A stretch of 64,000 nucleotides of DNA from Myxococcota bacterium (GTDB lineage Bacteria > Myxococcota_A > UBA9160 > UBA4427). The DNA is taken from NCBI GenBank assembly GCA_965250285.1, contig OZ252299.1, positions 3,136,001-3,200,000 of the forward strand, given 5' to 3'. Position numbers and translations under genes: made by a program. Positions 9,706-19,733 of the stretch are shown one piece after another. Every line of letters starts with the position of its first letter. The first letter of the stretch is position 1. The notes under the pieces were generated by a model. It did no database searches and was not told where the DNA came from. It saw nothing but the letters and a program-made list of their open reading frames with translations.

Positions 9706-11069
9706 GGCCTGCGCCTCCGGGCCGGACGCAGCCGCCCCGACCACACGCTCGACGGCACCCGGCGCACCTCGGTGAAGCCCGCGTCGACCGGCGCGCCGAC
9801 CGGGGCCCGGTCGCCGCGAGCGAAGCGGGTCGGCTTCGGCTCGAGCACGAACAACCGGATCGGTGCGGCGCCCCGCGCAAACACCGCCGCGCGCTCGAAG
9901 CCCGACCCATCGTCGGAGGGCGTGACGAAGAAGATCTGCGCATCGCCGGCGAGGCTCAGCGCGAGCCGGGCGAGATCGACGTCGTCCGACGACAGCGCGG
10001 CGTCGGACTCTGGCTCGGACTCACCGGACCCGTCGCCCCGCCATGCGCGCACGTTCGCCAGGGCGTCGAAGCCCGCGTCCACGGCACCGCGCCCTCGCCC
10101 CAGAGCGATCGGTGTCGGGTGGTCTGCGTCGAGCACGACGAGCACGATCTCGGCGTCGGCGCTCGCGGCGTCGATGATGAGCCCGGCCGCCACCGAGACC
10201 GCCGCTTCGAAGCGGGTCTCGTTCGAGAGGTCGGCGTCGAGCACGATCGCGACGCAAGCCCGCTCTTCGGCCTGGTACTCGCGTACGACCGGCTCACCGA
10301 GCCGCGCCCAGGTCGCGGCGTGCAGGTCGCGCACCGAGTCGCCCGGGCGATACGGCCGCAGCCCCAGCAGCTCGAGCGACTCACCGCCGGCGCGCGCGCG
10401 CGGCGTCTGGCGTGCCGACTCACTCGCGGCCACGTCGAACGACACGTCACCCAGGTGGATCGGGCGCGGCCAGACGATGAACCGGGTGCCGCGGCTCTCG
10501 AGCTCGGGTCCGGTGGCGAGGCCGAGGGGCAGTGTCGCCGCGACGCCGAAGGTATCGATGTGATGCCTGCCGCGCGCGACGAACGTGCCCGTCGAGACGA
10601 GCTCGGCGTGCGCACCCGCCGCGAGCTCGGCGACGGCGTGCTCCCCTGGCGTCCACTGCCCATCCCAGGGCAGGAACGGACGACGCAGGCGCAGGGCGTG
10701 GAGCGGCGCATCGCCTTCGTTGCGCAGCACGACGCGAAACGGAATCGGCTCGCCCGCCATCGCGCGCGAAGGCGCGTGGATCTCGAGCGCGAGGCCGCGC
10801 GCAGTGAAGAGTCGACGCACGGCGAGGGAACCGATGATGAGGGCCCAGAGCGCGGCGGCGACGTAGTAGTTCTGGCCGCGCAACACGTCGAGTCCCATCA
10901 GACCGGCGAGGAACGCGAGGCCGAGGAGCCCGCGCCCGAGGTCGGTGAGCGCAAGATAGACACGCGCCATGGGACCGAAGAGCACGCGCACGAGCCAGCG
11001 ATCGCGCTGGGCGTCGCGCCCCTCCTTCGTCGCCGGGATCAGGATGTGATTGAGGCGCGCGAAGTTCAT
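9702..11069 (-). CDS. DUF58 domain protein
   Basis: LRPYRPGDSVRDLHAATWAR, VVREYQ, FEAAVSVAA. Confidence 0.9.
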   Translation of the reverse strand: MNFARLNHILIPATKEGRDAQRDRWLVRVLFGPMARVYLALTDLGRGLLGLAFLAGLMGLDVLRGQNYYVAAALWALIIGSLAVRRLFTARGLALEIHAPSRAMAGEPIPFRVVLRNEGDAPLHALRLRRPFLPWDGQWTPGEHAVAELAAGAHAELVSTGTFVARGRHHIDTFGVAATLPLGLATGPELESRGTRFIVWPRPIHLGDVSFDVAASESARQTPRARAGGESLELLGLRPYRPGDSVRDLHAATWARLGEPVVREYQAEERACVAIVLDADLSNETRFEAAVSVAAGLIIDAASADAEIVLVVLDADHPTPIALGRGRGAVDAGFDALANVRAWRGDGSGESEPESDAALSSDDVDLARLALSLAGDAQIFFVTPSDDGSGFERAAVFARGAAPIRLFVLEPKPTRFARGDRAPVGAPVDAGFTEVRRVPSSVWSGRLRPARRRRP

Positions 11070-11136
11070 GCTGCGCTCCTCTCGTCCCGACCCGGGCCCT
11101 GGCCCGAACAGCTCACGGTCGTCACCGGCGGCGGGT

Positions 11137-12108
11137 CTAGAGCGGCGGGCGCGTCTCGCCCACGATCTCGCGAACCAGGGCCGAGGCAGTGGCCCCGCTG
11201 AACCGGGCGTCGCCGCCCAGCTGCAGCCTGTGCGCGAGACAGGGGACGGACAGCTGCTGCAGGTCGTCGGGCGAGACGAAGTCGCGGCCGTCGAGCAGCG
11301 CCCAGGCCTGCGCGCTGCGCAGCCAGGACAGGCTGCCGCGTGGGCTCACGCCGAGATCGAGCTCAGGATGCGTGCGCGTGCGCTCGACCATCTCGAGCAT
11401 GTAGCGCGCGACCTCTTCCTTGACCTGGACCGCGCGCACCCGCTTCTGCACCGCGGCGAGCGCCGACACGTCACCGACGGGCTCGAGCGCGTCGAGGGGA
11501 TCGGCGCCGCGGCGGTCGAAGAGCAGGTCGAGCTCGTCGTCCGAGCTCGGGTAGCCGAGCCCGAAGCAGAGATGAAAGCGGTCGAGCTGCGCTTCGGGCA
11601 GCGGGAACGTGCCGTGGCTGTGCGCCGGATTCTGCGTGGCGAGCACGCAGAACGGCGAAGGCAGCGCATGGCTCGTACCGTCGACGGTCACCTGCTCTTC
11701 GTTCATCGCCTCGAGCAGCGCGGCCTGGGTACGCGGCGATGCGCGGTTGATCTCGTCGGCGAGCAGCACGTGCGCGAAGACCGGACCCGGACGAAACGCG
11801 AAGCTCTGATCGCGCGGGTCGAGCACCGGGCAACCGAGGATGTCGGCCGGCAGCAGGTCGGGCGTGAACTGGACACGCGCGAACTCGGCATCGAAGCAGC
11901 GGGCCAGGGCCTTGGCGAGGGTCGTCTTGCCGACCCCGGGCACGTCCTCGAGCAGCACGTGGCCGCCGGCGAACACCCCGCACAGCAGCAGGTCGATCGC
12001 CTCGGGCTTGCCGCGGATCACGCTGCCGAGGCGGGCGCGCACGCCGCGGATCAGCTCGTCGCCCGGGGTGGCATCGGGTCGGCGCTCGGTGGCAGACGGG
12101 TCGTTCAC
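11137..12108 (-). CDS. moxR: MoxR family AAA+ ATPase
   Basis: LLEDVPGVGKT, QFTPDLLPAD, LADEINRA, LPEAQLDRF; GTG 12108 with GGAG RBS. Confidence 0.94.
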   Translation of the reverse strand: MNDPSATERRPDATPGDELIRGVRARLGSVIRGKPEAIDLLLCGVFAGGHVLLEDVPGVGKTTLAKALARCFDAEFARVQFTPDLLPADILGCPVLDPRDQSFAFRPGPVFAHVLLADEINRASPRTQAALLEAMNEEQVTVDGTSHALPSPFCVLATQNPAHSHGTFPLPEAQLDRFHLCFGLGYPSSDDELDLLFDRRGADPLDALEPVGDVSALAAVQKRVRAVQVKEEVARYMLEMVERTRTHPELDLGVSPRGSLSWLRSAQAWALLDGRDFVSPDDLQQLSVPCLAHRLQLGGDARFSGATASALVREIVGETRPPL

Positions 12109-12427
12109 GGGGGGCTCTCCTCGGTCGATCGGCAGTGCGAGCATGGCGCCAGCGAGCTGGCCCGGCCATGCGCTCGGCGTCGTTGCCCCGCCTCGTCGGT
12201 CATGGCCTCGAAGCTTCGACACCGGGGCACAGGTCTCGGGTGCAGCCTGGATCCGCCGAGGCTTCCCTACCGGCGGAACCGGAGCGAACCGGCGCGGACG
12301 CGCGGCGAATCCGCTCCGTCTCATCGACCCCCCGAGAACCCGACCTGACGTCGAACTGACCCGGCGGGCCCGCGGCGGAGCCATGCCGGGCCCGAGCGAC
12401 CCGACCGGGCTCGGGTAAGCTCGCCGG

Positions 12428-13468
12428 ATGCCCTCGCCCGCGCCCCTCCGCTCGCTCCCCAAGCAGCCCGACGACACCCCGTTCCCGACCGACGCCTGGC
12501 CGGAGCACCCCGACGCGGCCCTGCGCCGCGACGTCGGCGCGCAGCTCGAGACCCACTTCGGGCCCGCCGCAGCCGATCGCATCGGCGAGACCCACGCGCT
12601 GCTCGTCGTCCAGGGCGGCCGCCTCGTCGCCGAGCGCTACGCCCCGGGCTTCGACGCCGAGACAACCCTGCCCTCGTGGTCGATGGCCAAGAGCATCCTG
12701 CACTCGCTCGCGGGCATCGTCGTGCGCGAGGGCGGGCTCGACATTTACGCGCCCGCGAACGTGCCCGCCTGGCAGAGCGATGACGACCCGCGGCGCGAGA
12801 TCACCCCCGATCAGCTGCTGCGCATGTCGAGCGGGCTCGCGTTCCACGAGGCGTACCTGCCCGACGTCGGCAGCGACGTCGTCGAGATGCTCTTCGGGAG
12901 CGGCCAGGACGACGTCGCGGGCTTCGCCGAGTCGTTCCCCCTCGCCCAACCCCGCGACACGTGGTGGAACTACTCGAGCGGCACGAGCAACATCGTCTCG
13001 GCCATCGTGCACCGCTCGATCGACCGGTTCGGCGACGCCCACCGCGCCTACCTCTTCAGCGAGCTCTACGACCGCATCGGGATGCGCTCGTGCGAGCCGA
13101 AGTACGACGCCGCGGGCACCTGGATCGGTTCGTCGTACAACTTCGCGACCGCCCGCGACTTCGCGCGCTTCGGCCTGCTCCAGCTGCGCGACGGCACCTG
13201 GGACGGGCAGCGGATCCTGCCCGAGGGCTGGGTCGACTACGCGCGCACCCCGACCCCGCGCTCGTCGGGCCACTACGGCGCCCACTTCTGGCTCTCGAGG
13301 CACGGCGGTGCGCGCTTCAGCTGCAACGGATTCCGCTGTCAGTTCATCGTGATGGATCCCGAGCGCGACGTCGTGCTCGTCCGCTCGGGCAACAGCGCCG
13401 ACGAGCACCGCGCCGCGCTCTACCTCGCCCTCGCCGAGGTGATCGAGACCTTCCCCGAGCTCGCCTGA
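12428..13468 (+). CDS. Serine hydrolase, beta-lactamase/esterase family
   Basis: SMAK (SxxK), LLRMSSGL, WNYSSG, ARDFARFG. Confidence 0.88.
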   Translation: MPSPAPLRSLPKQPDDTPFPTDAWPEHPDAALRRDVGAQLETHFGPAAADRIGETHALLVVQGGRLVAERYAPGFDAETTLPSWSMAKSILHSLAGIVVREGGLDIYAPANVPAWQSDDDPRREITPDQLLRMSSGLAFHEAYLPDVGSDVVEMLFGSGQDDVAGFAESFPLAQPRDTWWNYSSGTSNIVSAIVHRSIDRFGDAHRAYLFSELYDRIGMRSCEPKYDAAGTWIGSSYNFATARDFARFGLLQLRDGTWDGQRILPEGWVDYARTPTPRSSGHYGAHFWLSRHGGARFSCNGFRCQFIVMDPERDVVLVRSGNSADEHRAALYLALAEVIETFPELA

Positions 13469-13654
13469 GCGGCGCGCCAGACTCACCCAGCGCAATTCGA
13501 GTGCCACTGTAGAGGCCCGCGCTGCGGCGGAGGCGAAGGCGTGGCCCCCGCGTTCGTGCTCAAGAATGCCCCCTCGACGGGACGATCCTGAATCCGGTCC
13601 GTTTTCGGATCGGCCGCGCGCCGGCAGGCACGCGGTGCGGGAGGGGAGCCGCAC

Positions 13655-15364
13655 GTGTCGGCCTATCTGAAGTTCTTCCAGCTCGAGAAGTCGCCTTTCG
13701 ACACGCGAGCCCAGAGCGCCCTCGTGCTCGGCACGAAGGCTTTGCGTGGCGCATTCGCCGAGATCGAGGCGGGCCTCGAAGACGCCGCGCCGCGCATCTG
13801 CGTCGACGGCAAGGCGGGGCTGGGCAAGACGAGCCTCGCGCGCGCGCTGCCGAAGCTGCTCGGCGAGAGCGCTCGGGTCGTGCTGATCCTGAACCCCTCG
13901 CTGCCCTGGAGCACCCTGCGCAGCGCCATCGTCAAGCAGCTCGACCTCGCCGAGGGCAACCTGTCGCGCAAGACGCTCATGCGAGCGCGCAGCGAGGGAC
14001 GCCGGCTGGTGATCGTCGTGGATCAGGCCGAGCGCATCTCGAGCGAATCGCTCGATCATCTCGACATCCTGCTCGGCTACAAGAACGACGACGACCAGCA
14101 GCTCGTCCACTGCGTGCTGCTCGCGAACCTCCAGGCGGCGGCCTCACAGCACAACGAACAGGGCGAGCAGACGCCGCTGCTCTGGTGGCTCGACAAGCTG
14201 AACACGCTGCAGCTCGAGTTCCAGCCGATCCCGTCGGCCGGCGTCACCAGCTACGTGAACAAGCACCTCAAGCGCGCAGGCTGGAAGGGCGGCCAGATCT
14301 TCACGGCGGACGCGCTGCAGACGATCCATCGCCTGACGGGCGGCGTCCCCCGCGAGATGAGCGAGCTCTGCGAGCGCGCCCTCGAGCTCGCCGCCGAGGA
14401 AGGCACGAGCGAGATCGACGCGCAGCTCGTCGAGGACGTCTTCGGCGAGATCCCGCTCGAAGAGCTCGTCGACGACGACCCCGACCTCACCGACTCGATG
14501 TTCGTCGGCGCCCGGGACGACCACGCGCAGGCGAACACGACCACGTTCGGCGGGACCGCGCCCCCCCCGCCCGAAGCGGCCCCGTTCAGCGAGCCGACCA
14601 GCGCGCTGGACGCCGAGGTGACCGACACCCTGCAGGCCGACGATCCGCGCATCGACCGCATGCCGACGCCGGGTCGCAGCGTGCACGCGCCGGTCGAAGC
14701 GCCGGTGAGCCTCGACTCATTCTTCGGCGACTCACTCGACGGTCCGTCTGTCCGAGCGACGCCGCCGCTGCCCGAAGAAACGACCGACCCCTTCGATCCG
14801 CTCGAGGCGGCGACCGAAGCGCCTCCCGCGGCCGAAGCGTCGTTCGATGACACCGACGTCGAGGCGGCGTCGCCGGAGCGCAGCTGGATCAAGTGGGCCG
14901 GGATCGCAGCCGGCGCGCTGGTCGTGCTCGGCGGCGGGAGCTTCGCGGCGCTTTCGCTGCTCGGTGGCAGCGACAGCCCCGACGAGCCGCCGGCCGTGCT
15001 CGCGCGGCCCAAGCCCGCGCCGAGCGTGCAGCCGCCGATCGCCGGCATCGAGCCGATCCGGCCCGATGCCCAACCCGCCATCGAGCCGATCCGGCCCGGC
15101 GCCCAACCCGCCAACGAGCCGACCACGGGCAGCGAGGAAGGGTTCGTCGAGCTGGGCGGGATGGCCATCGACCCGCTCGACGCCGATCTCGCCGCGGCAG
15201 CGGCCGAGCCGGGGGCGACCGAGTCGCAGGGCGTCCCCAGCCCCGATGCCCCGGACCGGCCCGGGGCCGACGCACCGAGCGCCGACGTCGAAGCCGAACC
15301 CGCGCCCGCCGCCCCGGCCTTCGAAGACCCGGCCGAGACCGAGGTCGACGCGCCGTACTGGTAG
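13655..15364 (+). CDS. ExeA-like AAA ATPase with one TM and Pro/acidic low-complexity regions
   Basis: YLKFFQLEKSPF, GKAGLGKT, IVVDQAE, TGGVPRE; TM near residue 420. Confidence 0.8.
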   Translation: MSAYLKFFQLEKSPFDTRAQSALVLGTKALRGAFAEIEAGLEDAAPRICVDGKAGLGKTSLARALPKLLGESARVVLILNPSLPWSTLRSAIVKQLDLAEGNLSRKTLMRARSEGRRLVIVVDQAERISSESLDHLDILLGYKNDDDQQLVHCVLLANLQAAASQHNEQGEQTPLLWWLDKLNTLQLEFQPIPSAGVTSYVNKHLKRAGWKGGQIFTADALQTIHRLTGGVPREMSELCERALELAAEEGTSEIDAQLVEDVFGEIPLEELVDDDPDLTDSMFVGARDDHAQANTTTFGGTAPPPPEAAPFSEPTSALDAEVTDTLQADDPRIDRMPTPGRSVHAPVEAPVSLDSFFGDSLDGPSVRATPPLPEETTDPFDPLEAATEAPPAAEASFDDTDVEAASPERSWIKWAGIAAGALVVLGGGSFAALSLLGGSDSPDEPPAVLARPKPAPSVQPPIAGIEPIRPDAQPAIEPIRPGAQPANEPTTGSEEGFVELGGMAIDPLDADLAAAAAEPGATESQGVPSPDAPDRPGADAPSADVEAEPAPAAPAFEDPAETEVDAPYW

Positions 15365-15394
15365 GCGCCGCGCGGGCACGCCAAGCTCCCGGCC

Positions 15395-16207
15395 ATGTCG
15401 AGCCCCGACCGGTCGCTCGCCGAGCGCGTCGCGCGCGTCTATCTCGCGCAACGCACGCTCGGTTGCGAGACGACGCGTCGCCCGGGTCTGACCGTGGCGC
15501 GCAACCGCGAGACGCCGCTCATCTGGGACGCGAACTTCGCGTACGAGATCGCGGCGCCCCTTGCCCACGACCCGGCCGCGCTCGGCGCGGCGCTCGACGA
15601 GGCCTTTGCCGACGCATCACACCGCAAGGTCGTGTGCGACGTCGACACCGCGCCCGGGGTCGAGGCCGCACTGGTCGCACTCGGCTTCGGGGTCGAACAG
15701 ATCGTTCAGCTCGTGCTCGAAACCGAGCTCGCGCACCCCACCCCGATGCCGGAAGGGGTCACGATCGAAGCCGCCGAGAGCGAGCCCGACTGGGCGGCGC
15801 TCGTCGATCTGCAGCACGCAAATTTCACCGAGAAGGCCGAGGGCGGCGCGCGTCCGCCGATGGAGCGCGTCGTGGCCGAGCAGATGGTGCGCAGTTGGCG
15901 GATGAAGCGCGCGATGCGGTTCTGGCTGGCGCGCGCGGAGGGGGTGCCTTGCGCCTATCTGGGCTCATGGGTCGGCGAGGCGGGGCTCGGCATGGTCGAA
16001 TCGCTCTTCACCGAGCCGGGGGCGCGTCACCGCGGCATCGCGAGGGCGCTGATTGGCCGGGCCGTCGCCGAGGTACGCGCCGAGGGCGCAGAAGCGGTGC
16101 TGATCGGCGCAGACATCGAGGACACTCCCAAGCAGATGTACCTCGACCTCGGTTTTCGTCCCGTCTGTCTCACCCGCGAGTGGCTGCGACTGCCTGACGC
16201 CGACTGA
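15395..16207 (+). CDS. GNAT acetyltransferase
   Basis: VESLFTEPGARHRGIA, MYLDLGF. Confidence 0.85.
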   Translation: MSSPDRSLAERVARVYLAQRTLGCETTRRPGLTVARNRETPLIWDANFAYEIAAPLAHDPAALGAALDEAFADASHRKVVCDVDTAPGVEAALVALGFGVEQIVQLVLETELAHPTPMPEGVTIEAAESEPDWAALVDLQHANFTEKAEGGARPPMERVVAEQMVRSWRMKRAMRFWLARAEGVPCAYLGSWVGEAGLGMVESLFTEPGARHRGIARALIGRAVAEVRAEGAEAVLIGADIEDTPKQMYLDLGFRPVCLTREWLRLPDAD

Positions 16208-16243
16208 GCAAGGGCATCGGGCGGACGGACGAGAGCGCGCCGA

Positions 16244-16702
16244 TCAGCCCGCTCGAACGGTCTCCACCGTCACCCAGCCACGCCCACCCGAGCTGCGGTC
16301 GTAGCCGACGCGCAGCTCGATGCGGCGCATGTGGCCCGAGCGGTCGAGGTTGGTCACCCGCACCTCGACGTCGTAGATCTCGGGGGCGGCCTCGGGATCG
16401 ATCGTGTCGCCGAAGAACTCGACCGGCACCTCGCCCAGCGCGTAGCCGGGCTGGTTCACCCAGGGCGCCGGCACGAAGTCGGGCGTCTCGGTGACGCGGG
16501 CGAAGTCGATCTGATGCGCCACGTTGCTCTGGCCCTGGGCGATGGCGAACGCCTGGCTCCGCGTCTCGGTCGACTGGGGCGCCGCATCGGGCGAGCCGCT
16601 CACCCAGTCGGCGCCGAAGACGACCATCGCCACCAGGGCGAGGCACGCGCTGAATTCGGTCACGCTGAAGCCGCCGGTCCGTCTCGTGTTCACGTCGATC
16701 AT
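16244..16702 (-). CDS. Type IV pilin/pseudopilin-like protein (PilV-like)
   Basis: Basic leader RRTG, then G|FSVTE (F+1, E+5) and a hydrophobic helix. Confidence 0.6.
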   Translation of the reverse strand: MIDVNTRRTGGFSVTEFSACLALVAMVVFGADWVSGSPDAAPQSTETRSQAFAIAQGQSNVAHQIDFARVTETPDFVPAPWVNQPGYALGEVPVEFFGDTIDPEAAPEIYDVEVRVTNLDRSGHMRRIELRVGYDRSSGGRGWVTVETVRAG

Positions 16703-16772
16703 CGCTTGCTCCCCCAGTCGGGCGCCCGATCGGTCCGCATCTTCGCCGACCGCGCGTCTTCAGCGATGAAAG

Positions 16773-16789
16773 AGCAAGCATCGGGCCAA
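16773..16789 (-). promoter_or_regulatory. Sigma54 (-24/-12) promoter
   Basis: Minus strand TTGGCCCGATGCTTGCT = GG-N10-GC, ~70 bp upstream of the pilin-like gene. Confidence 0.6.
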
Positions 16790-16944
16790 CCGCGCGAGGC
16801 CCTCTTTCTCGATGGATTCCGGGCACTTGCTGTGTGAGCGGAACGATTGCAGGGCGTCCTGCCTCTCCGGGTCGTGGAACCGCGCCACCCAGTGCGAAGC
16901 AGCTTGCACAGCGCCGGGGCCGGGCTGACCGCCCTGCGACGCAA

Positions 16945-16976
16945 GAGGCCCCGCGTCGATGACGACGCGGGGCCTC
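16945..16976 (-). terminator. 14-bp hairpin downstream of the peroxiredoxin gene
   Basis: GAGGCCCCGCGTCG-ATGA-CGACGCGGGGCCTC; weak U tract. Confidence 0.5.
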
Positions 16977-17034
16977 GGTGGAGCAGGGTCGGTTCGCGCC
17001 CTTGCGGCGAAGGGCGCGCCGACTGAGCTGCAGG

Positions 17035-17508
17035 CTAGAGCGCGGAGAGGATCGAGTCCGCGTCACTCACCTCGAACTTCATCGGAGCCTCGACGTTCAG
17101 CGTTTCGACGACGCCGTCGTTCACGATCATCGCGTAGCGCTGCGAGCGCAGGCCGAAGCCGATGCCCGAGCCGTCGAAGTCGAGGCCAACGGCCTTCGCG
17201 AAGTCGCCGTTGCCGTCGGCGAGCATGGTCACCTTGTCACCGGTGTTCTGATCCTCGCCCCACGCGCCCATCACGAAGGCGTCGTTGACCGAGAGGCACA
17301 CGATCTCGTCGACGCCCTTGCCTTTGATCTCTTCGGCCTTGGCGACGAAGCCGGGCAGGTGTTGGTTCGAGCACGTGGGCGTGAAGGCGCCGGGGACGGC
17401 GAACACGACGACCTTGCGGCCGCCGAAGAGCTCATCCGTCGAGAGGTCGCTCATATCGGTCTTCTTCAGGGTCACGCTGGGGATCTTTTCGCCGACTGCG
17501 ATGGACAT
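17035..17508 (-). CDS. Peroxiredoxin (Prx5/redoxin)
   Basis: VPGAFTPTCS, SVNDAFVMGAW, RSQRYAM. Confidence 0.95.
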   Translation of the reverse strand: MSIAVGEKIPSVTLKKTDMSDLSTDELFGGRKVVVFAVPGAFTPTCSNQHLPGFVAKAEEIKGKGVDEIVCLSVNDAFVMGAWGEDQNTGDKVTMLADGNGDFAKAVGLDFDGSGIGFGLRSQRYAMIVNDGVVETLNVEAPMKFEVSDADSILSAL

Positions 17509-17700
17509 CGGGGGTCTCCGTATTTTGAGGGAATCGGACGGGCAATCCGAGCTGGGCGGCCGGTCTCGGATGCCCGATCTCGAGACGGGGGATCATACCG
17601 CAGGGCCGGTCGCGCGACGCGCCGCTGCTACCCTGAAGTCGACCGGGGCGGGCGAGCCGAATCGCTCGACGCCCCCATCCCCATACAGGGAGTTCCCAGG

Positions 17701-18708
17701 ATGGCCTCTTCCGAGCCCGCTTCGCTTCGCCCCGAGCCCTTCGTCGCCCGGCCGCCGATCTTCGTCCCCAAGGTGCTGCCCGACGGCTTCGACTTCAGAG
17801 GCATGGTCGAGCGCAACGCCCCCTACGCGCCGGTACAGCGCTACTTCGCGAACGCCGCGGCCGCGGTCTCGCAGTCGTCTCAGGCGCAGCCCGGGCCGCT
17901 CATCATCGCCCCGAACTTTCGGGGCGACTGGGCGTACAACGAACCGCTCGTCGAAGGCGCCGAGACCTTCCTGCATCAGCCCGACTTCGTTGCGGCGGCC
18001 GCCGAGATGTTCGGCAGCGATCGTGTGCGACCCTTTGCAGTGTTCTCGAACCTCACCTGGCAGCTGCCCTTCCCGCAAGGCGGTGGGCATACCGACGTGC
18101 CCGAGTTTCGCGGCTTCAACCGAAGCGATCACCCGACCTGGCTGCTGAACGCGATGGGTCACTCGCGTCTCTTCGAAGCCGAGCGCGTGAACATCGCGAC
18201 CGCCGTCGCGTGGTTCTACGAGGGGGCCGACGGCGGCTTCGACTACTGGCCCGAGGGCCCGGACGGCCCGCGCCGCAAGCACGAGGGCTCGATTCACGAC
18301 ACCGCGATCGTGGGCGACAACGACCGGATGTTCCATCGCGTTCGCGCCGTGGGCGATCGGGCGAACGGCATGCCCCAGGGCATGAGCCTCGACAGCCGAC
18401 TCGAGCACCTCGGCGGCGACCAGTGGCGCGTGCAGGATGGCGACACGACGATCGGCGCGTTCGAATGGCCGGCGCTTCGCATCAGCGTGTCGTGGAAGGC
18501 GCTCGTGTTCGCCGACGCCGCCGAAGAACGGGCGTACGATGAGCACACCGACGACCTCGATCTCGAGATCGTGCTCGACCGCTTCGAGGCCGACCTCGAC
18601 GCGCGGGGCATCCGGATGCCTCGGCCCGCCGAGCCGAGCCACGACGTCGGCTTCACCGAGCTGATCAGCGACGCCTACGTCTCGGGGCCGGGCACGGCGC
18701 CCGCGTAG
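17701..18708 (+). CDS. Hypothetical protein, possible 2OG-Fe(II)/cupin-type oxygenase
   Basis: HTD...MFHRV candidate HxD...H triad, GGFDYW; ATG 17701. Confidence 0.5.
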   Translation: MASSEPASLRPEPFVARPPIFVPKVLPDGFDFRGMVERNAPYAPVQRYFANAAAAVSQSSQAQPGPLIIAPNFRGDWAYNEPLVEGAETFLHQPDFVAAAAEMFGSDRVRPFAVFSNLTWQLPFPQGGGHTDVPEFRGFNRSDHPTWLLNAMGHSRLFEAERVNIATAVAWFYEGADGGFDYWPEGPDGPRRKHEGSIHDTAIVGDNDRMFHRVRAVGDRANGMPQGMSLDSRLEHLGGDQWRVQDGDTTIGAFEWPALRISVSWKALVFADAAEERAYDEHTDDLDLEIVLDRFEADLDARGIRMPRPAEPSHDVGFTELISDAYVSGPGTAPA

Positions 18709-18761
18709 GGGGCGAGGGGCCGGCGGTCCGCTTCGGCCTCCGCCTCAGCCTGCGCCTCGCG

Positions 18762-19523
18762 TCACGCCTCGACCTTCGGCTCGGCCGCCCAGCGAATGCC
18801 ACGCTCGAGCAGCTCGTGGTAGACGGGCAGCTCCCAGGCACCGCGTTCGATGACCGGGTACTCGTCCATGAGCGGCCGCATGTCCCACTTGCCCCGGCAG
18901 TGGCCGAGGGTGAGGTAGAGCACGCAGCCCGCGCCGACCGGGTGCAGGTACATGACCAGTCGCGGATCGTCGTCGGGCCAGTCGTCGTACTCGAAGCCCA
19001 GCGCCTTGCCGGTGTACCGCGTCTCGAGCAGCGCCTCGATGCCGCCCTCCCCTTCGATCATCTCGCAGAGGTAGAGCTCGTCCTCGGTCTCGAACGATTC
19101 GATCCCCTTCATCAGCGGGTGGTCGGGGTTGGCCACCGTGACCGTGTAGGGCTCGATCGGCGGATGCGCGAGGAAGCGACTGCCGAGGGTCTCCATCAGG
19201 ATCGGGTACTCCTCGGGGCAGTGGAACGGCTTGCCCGGCGAAGGCTCGAGCAGCGCATTCGTGCCGTGCAGCGCGAACCACCGGCCCCCGGCGCGAACCC
19301 AGTCGCGCAGCGCGCGCTGAGCCGACTCGGTCGGGCGGACGTCACACGTGTAGGTGATGAGCAGATCTGTGTCGGCCAGCGCATCGACGTCTTCGTAGTC
19401 TTCGCGCACGCAGGTGCGGATGCGCGTGTCGCGCTCGAGGTGCTCGCAGAGGCGCAGACGCGCGTAGTCCATGTCGTGGTACTTGCCGCCGCAGACGAGC
19501 AGCGCATTCAACGGCAGGGGCAT
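18762..19523 (-). CDS. ThuA-like domain protein
   Basis: GGKYHD, GGRWFALHG, FLAHPP, EDELY, YLTLGH. Confidence 0.85.
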   Translation of the reverse strand: MPLPLNALLVCGGKYHDMDYARLRLCEHLERDTRIRTCVREDYEDVDALADTDLLITYTCDVRPTESAQRALRDWVRAGGRWFALHGTNALLEPSPGKPFHCPEEYPILMETLGSRFLAHPPIEPYTVTVANPDHPLMKGIESFETEDELYLCEMIEGEGGIEALLETRYTGKALGFEYDDWPDDDPRLVMYLHPVGAGCVLYLTLGHCRGKWDMRPLMDEYPVIERGAWELPVYHELLERGIRWAAEPKVEA

Positions 19524-19733
19524 GCATTCTCCTCCGAGGGTCGGGCCGAACCCGGCGCAGCCCTGATTGTGCCCCGAATCGAGCCGCCCGGGGATGCCCG
19601 CTTCGGGCGCCCGCGTGTCGCGAAAGGCAGCCGCGTATCGCGAAGGGCCCCGGCGTGCCGCGAAGGCCGGCCGCGGCCGAGCGCATTATGCTCTCGGGGC
19701 GCCCACCGCTCCGGCTCCCGGGAGGATCCCACC

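Noticed and set aside
7921..10563. 880-aa plus-strand ORF and many similar long antisense or alternate-frame ORFs
   Set aside because: Arg/Ala/Pro-rich shadow ORFs opposite well-supported genes, expected in high-GC DNA
7720..12108. MoxR-DUF58-transglutaminase operon as a novel system
   Set aside because: A widespread, already described gene trio
12428..13468. True beta-lactamase resistance gene (also 43147-44295)
   Set aside because: Motifs fit esterase/amidase-type serine hydrolases; no signal peptide or KTG motif
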